Assembly: GCA_977018835.1 (NCBI GenBank)
Contig: OZ361257.1
Coordinates: 1,054,001 to 1,118,000 of the forward strand
DNA from: Minutocellus sp. GHC0000111
Taxonomy: Eukaryota
Reading direction: 5' to 3'
Length of the DNA stretch: 64,000 bases
Notes under the pieces: generated by a model
Told to the model about the DNA's origin: nothing
What the model saw: the letters and a program-made list of their open reading frames with translations, nothing else
Database searches by the model: none
Program-made: the position numbers and the translations under genes
Shown: positions 23,162 through 33,300 of the stretch, in pieces
Layout: every line of letters starts with the position of its first letter
Position numbering within the stretch: position 1 is the first letter of the stretch

Positions 23162-24535
23162 ATGCTTCGCAGAACGCCTGGTACGAAGAGTAGTAGCAGC
23201 AACCGGTCAGTAACACTTCAACGAGCAGGTCGTCGCCCGTTTGTTCTCCGCATCGGGTCGGTATGCATCCTTGCATGTACCATCCAGGTTGTTTTGTTTT
23301 GCCTACTTCTCCTCGTGCTTCCACCCATCACATGGCAAGATCAAGCAGCTCGGCCACCAGTGTCATCGGAACCGGTGGCTGTGGCGGTTAGCAGGAGCAA
23401 AGACACTCCCAGTGCTAGCAGTGCCACTGCCACTGCCACTAACACCGCCACCAACACCGCCGCTACAATCGCATACTGCATCTCGGTGACGTCGTGCGGC
23501 GGGAAAAATGAGGGAATAACCGAGGGGGCGGCCGTCCTTGCGCATAGTATTCGGCGACAGAAATCGCAGGGCTCTCGATACGATGCCAAACTGTACGCGT
23601 TTGTTCATCCTCAAGCAAAATCTTGCGCAGCCGAGAAGCTGGAGGGTCTCGGTTATGACGTACAAATTCGCGAGACGCCCATCAATGCCACCCAGATAAA
23701 GGGAGAGTTCCTCAGACGGACCATTCAGATTCGTGGCTGTTGTCAAGAGAAGGAGTTACTCAAGCTGTATGCATATACGCTGTCAGAGCCCATTGCCGTT
23801 CATCTCGATGTTGATTTCCTGATTTTGAAGCCTCTCGACAAGTTGTTCGATGCCATCATTGGAGGTGTTCAATCTTCATTTCTGGATAGTGGAGAAATTG
23901 AATTTGGGGGCGCCAACGAACAAAATGTTACCACACATGTACCCAGCCGAGTTGACGCCTTCTTTACCAGAGATTACAATCTCAGCAACCGCGGAAAGAA
24001 GGCAGGAATGCAAGGAGGTTTCTTTGTTATCAGACCTTCCACCGAAGTTTTTGCAGAATACAAATCAATCATATTAGAAGGAGATCATCGGAGGGGGTCA
24101 GGTTGGGCAGGACAAGGTCATGGAGGCTACTATGGAGCCCAACAGATCCAAGGTTTGATGGCTCATTTCCATGATTTTGTTAGACCCAACACTGCGATAG
24201 AGCTGAATAGATGCCTCCACAACACAATGGCTGACAACCCTCGCGACAAAAAAGGCCACTGTCGTAACGGAGCAAAAGAATGCGAGGACTGCCGATCTCG
24301 AAACATTGATGATATTTATAGTGCTCACTTTACAATATGCCAGAAACCGTGGATATGTCCGCACACGAGCCCCTATCCGAGACTGTGCGCAAAGCTTCAT
24401 AGACAGTGGTTTCAAGCCCGCAGAGAACTCGAGATGTCAAGAGGAACATTCACGGAAAAGAAAGGGAAACACGATCCCAATGTCTTTTTGGGTTATTGCG
24501 AGAGTCCCATGAGTCGCGGTTATATTCCAATATAA
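23162..24535 (+). CDS. Glycosyltransferase family 8 (glycogenin-like fold), type II membrane protein
   Basis: N-terminal TM helix, GAAVLAHSI, LLKLYAY, DxD motif HLDVDFL and HFTICQKPW. Confidence 0.85.
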   Translation: MLRRTPGTKSSSSNRSVTLQRAGRRPFVLRIGSVCILACTIQVVLFCLLLLVLPPITWQDQAARPPVSSEPVAVAVSRSKDTPSASSATATATNTATNTAATIAYCISVTSCGGKNEGITEGAAVLAHSIRRQKSQGSRYDAKLYAFVHPQAKSCAAEKLEGLGYDVQIRETPINATQIKGEFLRRTIQIRGCCQEKELLKLYAYTLSEPIAVHLDVDFLILKPLDKLFDAIIGGVQSSFLDSGEIEFGGANEQNVTTHVPSRVDAFFTRDYNLSNRGKKAGMQGGFFVIRPSTEVFAEYKSIILEGDHRRGSGWAGQGHGGYYGAQQIQGLMAHFHDFVRPNTAIELNRCLHNTMADNPRDKKGHCRNGAKECEDCRSRNIDDIYSAHFTICQKPWICPHTSPYPRLCAKLHRQWFQARRELEMSRGTFTEKKGKHDPNVFLGYCESPMSRGYIPI

Positions 24536-24566
24536 CACAGTAGAATAGATCTTGGTAGCTAGCTAG

Positions 24567-26348
24567 CTAGTATTGCCTTTTGAGCAGTAACTGCGAAAAT
24601 GCCCAATCCGCGATGATAATGAACAAGCTAGACAGAACAACGGAGCGAGTGATGACGCCGGGAACGCTTCTCGGTGTAAGATTTTGTGTGAATCTGGCCG
24701 CTGATTCGGAAACCAACATGACAATAGTCATGAATGTAATAGCTTTGACCAAGAGAAACAGCGGCGGATACGTCATGATTTCAATGATAGTTTCTCCCAG
24801 CGAAGAGTTGCCAACTGTGCACCGCACGTCAAGCGATCGAATCACATCCACCAGACTGTACTCATCGTACTCTCCTGCTCCCCAGGCAACAATGCTTCGT
24901 AATCGGAGCGTAGGAAAAACAGCTCTGCGAATATCCTCAAAGTACTGATCGAAAGTCCCAATCCCATAAGAAGGCCCGACAAGAGCTCCAAGATAGATGG
25001 CAATGGAAGTTCCAATGGTCGTAAGAAATGGTGAGGCAATGAGGGCAGCAACCAAAGCAGGACCGAGAGTCCATGCGCGTGGACTAATGCCCAGGGTCTG
25101 GAGAAGTTTATTCTGCGCCGTGGCTTGCATCGTGGCCACTTCACCCGCGTAGCTACCGCCAATGCGTCCTGATAATAGCAATGCTGTGACGAGTGGCCCG
25201 ATTTCCAATACGAAAAGTTTTGCCATCCCAAGTGCATAAAGAGTTGCCTTGGCTCCTGGCACTACGTTGTTTAACATGGATCGAATCTTCAGATTTATCA
25301 TCATCATTGTCATGGCATTCGGCTCATCGCCAGTAAGCATCTTGAGCATTGGTTTCACTTCCTTGTTGACAATCTCTAACACAGGGTCGGTAACGTCCAA
25401 CCTTTGGAGAATGTCCGACGACAGCATACTAATGGCAAGTCCACAAGCCACAAAGGTCAAAAGGATGAGAGGCAAGCTCCACGCGAAGTAGTCTGATAAT
25501 TTATCAGCGAATCTCTCAAATGCAGCTCGTCCATAGAGAGAAGGTTTGGTCGCTCCGCTGATAGCAGCATTTAAATTGGATTCTCTTGTGGCAGTGGGTG
25601 GATCAAGCGTCACAGTCATGTTGTGTCCGTTGTCGTCGCCTTTGACCAAGGCAGCGAGATCGGGCTCATGAGATATCAGAAGCAAGGCTGTTCCAGTCTC
25701 CTTCCGCAATATCTTTAGCTCCTTGGCCACGCTGATGGCAGCTTCTCTATCCAACCCAGCGAATGGCTCATCCAGAACAATGACATGCTTGCGCTGAGCC
25801 AGTTGTAGGGCCAACGAAGCTCGACGAGCCATCCCTCCGCTTAGCTCGGTAGGACGCTTGGGCCCGTCCCGCGCATAATCAAGGCCCACCATGTCGAGGA
25901 GCTGCTTTATCGTTCGATCCCGGTCCTCAGCAGATTGCGCGCCCTTCTCCTTCCGACGCGTTGCGCATGCCTCGAGAGCTACGCAAACATTGCCAGCCAC
26001 CGTCAAAGCATCGATGAGTGTGGTTTGTTGGAAGAGCACTCCGACCCTCTCACCGGGTTCGAGACTCTCGTCCCAAGAACATTGCTCAACGACGATGTCC
26101 AGCTTACGCAGATCCGACCGAGATGATAGCCCTGCGAGGAAGCCAGAAAGGGTGGTCTTCCCTGCTCCAGAAGCGCCAGACCTCACGCAGGCACCTGGGT
26201 ACAATGCGAAGGTGACTGACTCGTTACCATAGGGGCACTTGGGCCCAGTCCTTGAAGCCTGGAAGGTGACCAGAGGTTTGTCATTATTGGTATCGGCATT
26301 ATTGCCAGCAGTCGATGCTCTTTGCCGGCTGCTACTGCGTGTTGCCAC
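24567..26348 (-). CDS. ABC ATPase (MlaF/TGD3-like) fused to an MlaE/TGD1-like permease
   Basis: Walker A GASGAGKT, Q-loop VLFQQ, signature LSGGMARR, Walker B VLDEPFAGLD and H-loop ISHE. MlaE motif EIGPLVTALLLSGRIGGSYAGEVATM. Starts at GTG; there is no in-frame ATG before Walker A. Confidence 0.85.
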   Translation of the reverse strand: MATRSSSRQRASTAGNNADTNNDKPLVTFQASRTGPKCPYGNESVTFALYPGACVRSGASGAGKTTLSGFLAGLSSRSDLRKLDIVVEQCSWDESLEPGERVGVLFQQTTLIDALTVAGNVCVALEACATRRKEKGAQSAEDRDRTIKQLLDMVGLDYARDGPKRPTELSGGMARRASLALQLAQRKHVIVLDEPFAGLDREAAISVAKELKILRKETGTALLLISHEPDLAALVKGDDNGHNMTVTLDPPTATRESNLNAAISGATKPSLYGRAAFERFADKLSDYFAWSLPLILLTFVACGLAISMLSSDILQRLDVTDPVLEIVNKEVKPMLKMLTGDEPNAMTMMMINLKIRSMLNNVVPGAKATLYALGMAKLFVLEIGPLVTALLLSGRIGGSYAGEVATMQATAQNKLLQTLGISPRAWTLGPALVAALIASPFLTTIGTSIAIYLGALVGPSYGIGTFDQYFEDIRRAVFPTLRLRSIVAWGAGEYDEYSLVDVIRSLDVRCTVGNSSLGETIIEIMTYPPLFLLVKAITFMTIVMLVSESAARFTQNLTPRSVPGVITRSVVLSSLFIIIADWAFSQLLLKRQY

Positions 26349-26368
26349 CAGTAGGTAGAGGTCTCTTG

Positions 26369-28836
26369 CACAGCCCCATCTCGTCTTGTTTCGCCGGTCG
26401 GATGAAGCGTTTTTCGGCAGAAGACGAACACGTCACGAAGAAACCCACCAAAACCCAATCTCGTTCGTCACCATCTTTGACCGTCCAACACCATGGTGGT
26501 CCGTCGGCGTTGCGCCGGCGTATAACTATATTTTCGTACCAAATACGCATTCATTATCATGTTTGGATATAGTTGAAGCTTACTGTATCCTCAGATTGGC
26601 CTCCGCTGCGTGTCAACGCCACGAACCATCAACCCACTTTTCCTCCATCTGTCGGCCGTTCGTTTCTCTGGGGTGGCACCATTGCTCCGTCTTTGTGCTC
26701 GTCGTGCTCCCGTTGTGATGCCCCAGACCCTCTGGTACTTTCCCACGTTGTTGTTGATGATAAACTGCCGGGATTGCGCCGCACCCCCCGTATGACCGAC
26801 TCTCGCTGATCCCGACCGATCGCATCCCCACTCGACCTCCCGGAATTCCGACAACAATTTTGCGCCCGAGGAGAGACAGATAGCATTGGGATAAGTTTAT
26901 GCAACAATCAACCCGACAAAGGGACTTTTTGGTCTGGGAGATAAATGGGTGAGTTAAGAAGGACGTGATGTGTTTGTTTGGGTGTACTATTTACTTTTTT
27001 GCTCAATCGCGACACTGTTTGTAAAAGTTGGACCATGCAATTCATTTGTTGTTGTGTAGCAGCAGTGTAATTTCATTTTCTAATTTTATACATGCCCTGC
27101 TCCCATCTCTACATCCTCATCTCCATCGGTGGCCATCATGATCATTTGTTGGCGCTTGTCATCAGTTTCTGCTTTAACAGCTTCGGTCCTTGTACTTTTC
27201 CTTGTTCTTGCCGCCACCCGAGAGTTTCGCTCCCGCCTCTCCTCGACCTTTGGATTGGATGCCCTCTCCTCAGCCTTGAACTGCGCCGTCTGTTGGGCCT
27301 CATGTCCCTTGACGCCCTGAGTCCGACGATCTTCCTTAACGCCCTCTTGGTGGGCTCGCTCTACAAACGATTCGTCGAGCCAATAGATGCCGCCCCATCC
27401 ATTCTTCACTAGCCAAATGTGTTGGTCCAAGATGTGATCTTCGAGCAAGTGCCACTTGGGCGTCATGCTAACACCGATTGCCCGTGCTTGCTTGAGGGCA
27501 CTTGCAATCAATGCTTCAAGCTCTCTCACAGCCTTCTTTGCCTCATCATCCCATTTCATGTGCCATTTCAGAAACCTGGAATATGTTGCGTCAAGAGTGT
27601 GGAGCAAATTAGAGCAAGCTTTGCAGAGCTCTTTGATGTCGTCATCCGTCATGCCATCATCTTCCTCGCGATTGTGCTCTAGGAGAGTTCCTTTGGTGGA
27701 GGTGTTATGGTGGATGAACTCTATTGTCCTTGGTTTCTTCTTGTTGTTGCCATCAGAAGTGTTAACAGACAAAGCTCTCCAGCATTCTGCCAGCACTGCC
27801 CTTATTTTATCTGAGTCGGCCGCCTCAATGCCGGCCTTTTTCAGGAAATGGAAGTGAGGGGCATCGTCATCCTCGGCATCATCGACAGCTCCCATCTCTG
27901 GCTCGCCATCACCGTGCTTCTGACGATTCTTCTCAAAGTGCTGCTGCATGTGTGCTTCATGTGCAGCGTCCTCTCTTGCAATATCAGCTTCGTCCTCATA
28001 ACCGGGCACATAGTCCTCGTCTTCGTCGTCATCGTCCTCGCTGATCTCGCCGGCCTCCGTCGTGGTCAGGGTGCCCACCGTCCCAACATCGTCGTCATTG
28101 TCCCACCCATCGTCCTGGCCATTGCACCCACCAGGGAACTTCTGGGCCTCGAGCAACATCTGCCTGTTGATTTCGTAGTCCATCACAGCATGTCCCACCG
28201 ACACATGTGGTGCGACCGACTTGAGGAATGCATTACATGCCTTCGTCAAATTGAGCCGCGGCGGCGGCATTTCGAGGCGAAATTGTTGCTCGACCGTGAC
28301 CATGTCGAAAGCCATCCATCCATCATCATGGAGAGCGTCGGCTGCACGAGGATTGACAGAACCGAGGCGAACAAACATGCTCTTTTTGCATGGGGTTCGC
28401 TGAACGTCGTCTGCAAGGCAGTGTCTTGATGCCATTTCATCCCATCCATTCTGGTTGTCTGTCCTCACAAAAAACACATCGCACAGTCTTCGTGTTTCTT
28501 CTTCTTCAAACCCAAGATGCCCGCAGTGCACATGACGGCGCAGCACATGATGGGACTGCATCCCAACACATTCATCAAGGAGTCGTTGTTGTTGCCGATG
28601 AAATTGTAGTAATGAAGTTCCTTTCTGCTAAGACGGACGAGTAGTTCAGCCAGGGCGTCCTGCACCGCAATTCTGTCTGCGGTGTTGACCGCGGGATTGC
28701 GGCCGTTATTTTTTTTGCTCATGGAGAACTATGGATAGAGACCAACAGGAACATCACCGGTTGCTTCGCGCGCCGGCCGGCCACCGAAAGTGCGACCAAA
28801 AGTATGCGAGTCATCCGGCTGGCAGATGGTGCTGTG
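26369..28836 (-). mobile_element. CAC...GTG DNA transposon (Chapaev/Transib/RAG1-like), internally deleted, 2468 bp
   Basis: Left end CACAGCCCCATCT-CGTCTTGTTTC-GCCGGTCGGATGA; right end (reverse complement) CACAGCACCATCT-GCCAGCCGGATGA. Flanks CTTG and CTAG could be a 4-bp TSD with one mismatch. Encloses a transposase remnant. Confidence 0.7.
27086..28722 (-). pseudogene. Transposase remnant of the Chapaev/Transib/RAG1-like DDE group
   Basis: The C-terminal signature TPKWHLLEDH...GGIYWLDESFVERAHQ resembles the Zn-binding H-x4-H and catalytic-Glu helix of this group. The N-terminus (ATG 28722) is frameshifted near 28470-28500. No motifs for the first two catalytic Asp were seen, suggesting a central deletion. 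Confidence 0.65.
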
Positions 28837-29419
28837 CTAGGTACCTAGGTGTGTGCAACGCTCTGCCTGCTTCCTCGTGGAAGGACTTTTTGGAGGGCCG
28901 TGGCATTTCGGAGTTCATGAGGGTTCGCTTCGTATTCCCACCAGACTTCATTAAGAGGGCGCTGTCCATAACTTTTAGGAAGCCCCCAAAATGCGTGTTT
29001 TGTGCCGTTTTTTCTTCGCACCATCGCCAAAGTTAGCACTCCAACGTGACAATGGGCTCCTCATCGAAGGCCGCCGCTCTCCACAGCGGCGAAGAGTCAT
29101 CGACGTTCCTTTCAGCATTAAGTCGGAAATCCCTCCAGGAACACTTGGTTCAGAGGAACTTCGATGAATCAACTCTCCCTCAGAAACACAACAGTCGACG
29201 CACACATCATCGTCGGATCGACCGAAATTAGTCTCGGCCGACGCATAACCAGCATTGGTGGTGCTGGTGGGAAGATATCTTGAAGTTTTGCTGTTGGGAG
29301 GTAAGGGGATATTTGTTTGGGGTATTTTTGCACGTCTCCCTCATTTGGGGTTCTTTTTGTAAGGTTCTCATCGAAAAGCGTGTCTTGCGCCAGAACCGAC
29401 ACAAAACAAAAAAACAACC

Positions 29420-31736
29420 ATGGAAACATCACGTGCTAACGCCAAGGAGGCAATCCTCTCACTCTTGCTCTCATTCCCAGACGACGTCAGATGTACTTAC
29501 TACACTGTTGATGAGCTTGTCCGCATCTTGATGCGCGGTGGCGTGTCGCCGAGCTTAGAGATCTCTCTTGTTCGATCATCTCTTCAACACGTCCCAACAC
29601 GACACGAGGTCAACAACATCCAACGACGACGTCCAGAGAAAATATCAGGCCTTGACGTTGCAAAGCCCTTCTACCGCTTCTCCAGAATAGCCGATAACGC
29701 CAGCCCACGCTCTCAACGCAATGACAAGCGATCACTGCCGACCACACCTGAAAATTGCTTCCAGGACGATGAAAAGCATGGGCCCCATCTCAACGCGACA
29801 CTGAAATGTCATTCCGACAAGAATTCTTCGGGCGGTCGGTCATCTACTCCCACCGCCAACGCTACCGATCGTCCCAACATCACCGGCGTGCAGCTCAACG
29901 GCAAAAGAATTGTGGTTGAGATGAAGCAGCTGTGTGATTTCGTGCAGAATCTCCACCGATCGTGCGGCAATCTGCATCTCTCGGCCGAGCCAGTTCGGCG
30001 TGGATTCGGCGTTACATTTGAATGGCGATGCGATAGATGCAACCAACCTTTTTCTTTTTGCACTTGGATCGGCCAGAGGTCAGAAGTTGTGTGCCCCGGC
30101 AGAAAGCATTCTAGAAGTCAGGCTGGAATGAACTTGGAGCTGATGGAGGCAGCGGAAGATGAGGCCACGTACGCAAGTCGCTTCATGAATTTCTGCACGA
30201 AGGCCGACATCGTCCATCCGACCGAAAAGAATGCCCGACAGGTGGAAAAGAAATGCAGAGCAGCGGCTATTGAAGCAGCTGATGAAATCATTGACGAGAA
30301 TAGGGCAAAAGCACATGCCGCTAGCAGCAAGACTGTTGAGTTTGAACAAGGCGGCGAGATGCACACGGCGGCGGTGGTTACGGTGGCCCAAGACGGCAGC
30401 GCCCTCAAACGCGACTACGGCCATTGCTACACTGGCTCTGCTGCAGCGGTATTTGCCGTAGACAAGGAAACTGGCCTTGTTGTTAACAAGGGAATCTCTC
30501 AGGCAAGCTGCCACTATTGCGTGAGAGCCTGCAATGCAAGATTGAGGGAGAGGCGGGAAGCCGGCAATCCAACAACGCCGAGTGAGCTCAAAAACATGAG
30601 CAAGGATGAGACACTGGCCCTGTACGACCATGATGGCTTCTGCTATCGCAACTCTTCCTACTCCCCCGGTGTGGCAGAGGAGCATCTGGCCGAGAATGTT
30701 GGGAGTTGAAAATTTTAATGCCATCCCCCGACCACGCATCAATCGGATGAAACAGGACATTTCGAAGATTACTGATCGGTACAAGCACAGCGTTCTCGAT
30801 CAGCCCGATGGTGCTGTGTCCGAGGAGGAAAAACAAAGTCATCTGGCCCTCCTTCAGAAAGAACTCCAGTCCGTCGTTCGTCACCAATGTGGCATTCACA
30901 CTTTTTGCACCACCAACACGTGTGATTGGATTCGCCTCAGCATTGCTCATCCTGATTGGAGTGATGGCAAGCTCGATGAAGAATGGAGCTCGGGGAATCA
31001 ATTCGATGGCGACATATTGGAGATTAGTGACGACACGATTCGCAAGATGACGCTTGAAATAACCAAGAGAATCAACAAGAATACTGCCGACTCCAACTGC
31101 AAGAAGGAATCTACCACCGGCGTCGAACAGCTCAACGGGATGGTGACGAAGTTCACGATGGGGAAAAGGCCGAATTTGACTGCTTCAGACGCCTACCCAA
31201 ATGCAACAAGTAGAGCCGCTGGCCACAAGTCACTGGGTACGGAATTCAATGAGCGAGTTCTTGGAAAGTTGGGATCGAGGGATTCTCCTACCCGAAAAGA
31301 TGGATTCGATGCAATTGACCGGAAGCTCGAGGGCGACCTTGCGCGTAAGCGCACCGATGAGTACAAAAAGAGCAAGAGCGACAGCAAGCGCCTTCGAGCA
31401 GCCTTGCGAAACAGAAGCGAGAAAGACGACAAGGACTATGTGTACAAGAAGAACAGGGCCCTAGCTGCTGGTAAGGCGAAACCAGCAAAGCCTGGCCGCA
31501 AGAAGAAGATTGACCAGCAGTGTCAGAAATGCAAGCAGCTTGGCCACACTCGGGCTGAATGTCAATGCGACGATGCTGACGACGTTGTCGTTTACGCCGG
31601 AAAGAAGCGCAGAAGCCCAGGCAGCAACAAGAAATCTGCAAGAAATAATAAGAAAGCTAAGACAAACTTCGGTGTATCGGCAAATGATGTTAGCTCTTGG
31701 ATGCCGGCGATACTGAGAGAAAATGGCAGCTTGTAA
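29420..31736 (+). pseudogene. Kolobok-type DDE transposase with an internal deletion and frameshift
   Basis: Motifs: GFGVTFEWRCDRC; first Asp in VAQDGSALKR...TGLVVNKGISQASCHYC; HDGFCYRN; HQCGIHTFC; catalytic-Glu region TTGVEQLNG; C-terminal knuckle CQKCKQLGHTRAEC. The frame changes at about 30700, where the expected (G)DGD and CxxH segment is missing. Confidence 0.8.
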
Positions 31737-31840
31737 ACACGTGTAAAATATTTTATCACTGTAAATAAAAATGGATTTATTGTGTGCTGTTACTCACGTG
31801 CTACGCACATTCTTGTTATCTACATGTGTTGAGGTAATGA

Positions 31841-33070
31841 TTATGCATTTTCCTCTTCTTCTTCCTCTTCATCTTGATGACCAGGGATGAATCCAACATA
31901 TCGTTCACCTTTATCATTTGGATAAATGAACCTAATGCAAAAGACTAGACAGGTTGGCAAGGGCTTCCGATCAAGCCAACCTCTCACATGATACACCTCA
32001 GTTGCATAGTACCAATACAGCATGTTCCTCTTCAAATTATTTGCCATGGCTTCGACTGGCATGGTGGTTGCGTAGTATTTGTCAGCGATATCCTCCAGGT
32101 CCTCCTCCGTCGGCACCAGCATTTCTTCGCAGACGCATTTCTGAAAGAAGAGTGTGCCGTACATTGAGCAGCTTCGGTTGGCGGCAGTGCAGCAAGCAGG
32201 GGGTATTGGCGGCCTCTCTCTGGTCTCGTCCCAATTACCGAATGTGTCTGCCTCCGGCGCTGCCGTCGGATCATCGTCGGCTTCCTCACAAACGGCCGCA
32301 ACAAGAGCATCCGTGTCCGATCTGATCGCTGCTGATGGCCCACCATCTACCTGCAGAAGTTGGCCCATTCCAACAATATCAAAATCAACTAGTCCAATCC
32401 CAGCAGTAGAGTGTATGTCATCATATGGAGCCACATGCCATCGGTGGAACTTTGTCAATTTGATCACATGGCCCTGTTGTAGACTTCGGGCCTTTTCGGT
32501 AATTGTCAGGGCAACACGAGCGACGATAAGCTTTCCGCTTCCATCAAGCAAAGTAAGCGATGTGGTGTTGAAAGGTCGGCCGTGCGCAGCAAGAGCCGAT
32601 CCAATATCGATCCGTTTCCCATGAAGTTGAAATATAGGGAAGAATTCAGGTCCGGCGTCAAACATGGGATCTTGCAATTGATCGACGATGCCGACCGTCA
32701 GCCTCAACTTCACATCAGCCACGGACAGGTTGGTAACTACGAGGCCGGGCCGCTCAGCAGCGACATCAATATCATCCCGAACATGATACTTATCAGCGCG
32801 AGCCTCGACTGCTTTGACAAGATGTTGAAGTGCATGGCCGACGCCGGGATTGTTCCATAATTCTCGTCCTTGTCCGTTCGGGTCGTTCTCCAACGTGACG
32901 GCGAGGCCATCAAGTATCTCGGTAACGGCGTCTTTCGCTTTGTCCTCCGCCTTCTCTTTCTTCTTGTCAACAGGCAAAATCGGGCGACCGGAGTTATCTG
33001 TCTTGAGTTTCCGCAACCGCGTATCTGCGTTGTGGGCCGGGCCGGCACTATTATCAGCGCTGCGCTTCAT
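31841..33070 (-). CDS. Kolobok accessory protein: putative OB-fold plus KolX/P2X7-ballast-like Cys-rich domain
   Basis: Intact 409-aa ORF inside the TIRs. The C-terminus KRNMLYWYYA...RKPLPTCLVFCIRFIYPNDKGERYVGF fits the R..P.C.V..IR..FP...G.Y.GF pattern. The central segment LTLLDGSG...ARVA...SLQQGHVIKLTKF resembles the RPA70 N-terminal OB fold. Confidence 0.75.
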   Translation of the reverse strand: MKRSADNSAGPAHNADTRLRKLKTDNSGRPILPVDKKKEKAEDKAKDAVTEILDGLAVTLENDPNGQGRELWNNPGVGHALQHLVKAVEARADKYHVRDDIDVAAERPGLVVTNLSVADVKLRLTVGIVDQLQDPMFDAGPEFFPIFQLHGKRIDIGSALAAHGRPFNTTSLTLLDGSGKLIVARVALTITEKARSLQQGHVIKLTKFHRWHVAPYDDIHSTAGIGLVDFDIVGMGQLLQVDGGPSAAIRSDTDALVAAVCEEADDDPTAAPEADTFGNWDETRERPPIPPACCTAANRSCSMYGTLFFQKCVCEEMLVPTEEDLEDIADKYYATTMPVEAMANNLKRNMLYWYYATEVYHVRGWLDRKPLPTCLVFCIRFIYPNDKGERYVGFIPGHQDEEEEEEENA

Positions 33071-33300
33071 CGTAATGAAGAGGGGGCAGAGCGGCGATTC
33101 TCATGGTGGGGTCGAGTTTTTGTCATGCTTCGCTCGTCATAAGAAATAAGAATAAGGGGGATTAAAAACGGGGGAAATTATGGACAGCGCCCTCTTAACG
33201 CCCCCCCCCGCCCAAGGCAAGGGACCATAGCTAATACCAATTGGTAGCTCAGCCGATCGTTGTTTACGAACTCGTATGTGTCGATAGGCCCCGTTGCATT

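Larger units (their letters stand above)
28955..33194 (+). mobile_element. Kolobok-superfamily DNA transposon, 4240 bp
   Basis: Perfect 17-bp TIRs GAGGGCGCTGTCCATAA (28955-28971) and TTATGGACAGCGCCCTC (33178-33194). TTAA on both sides (28951-28954 and 33195-33198). RR...YY termini and two convergent genes. Confidence 0.92.

Noticed and set aside
26332..26379. ATG at 26379 (MGLCKRP...) as the ABC gene start via a frameshift
   Set aside because: It is out of frame and lies inside the inferred transposon TIR. A mutated ATG at 26348 is simpler, though this alternative is not fully excluded.
30690..30720. Programmed ribosomal frameshift in the Kolobok transposase
   Set aside because: Joining the frames still lacks the second catalytic Asp segment, so a deletion explains the junction better.
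26369..33240. One composite or nested element spanning both transposases
   Set aside because: Each element has its own termini. They are adjacent with 118 bp between them, and no outer TIR was found beyond 33198.
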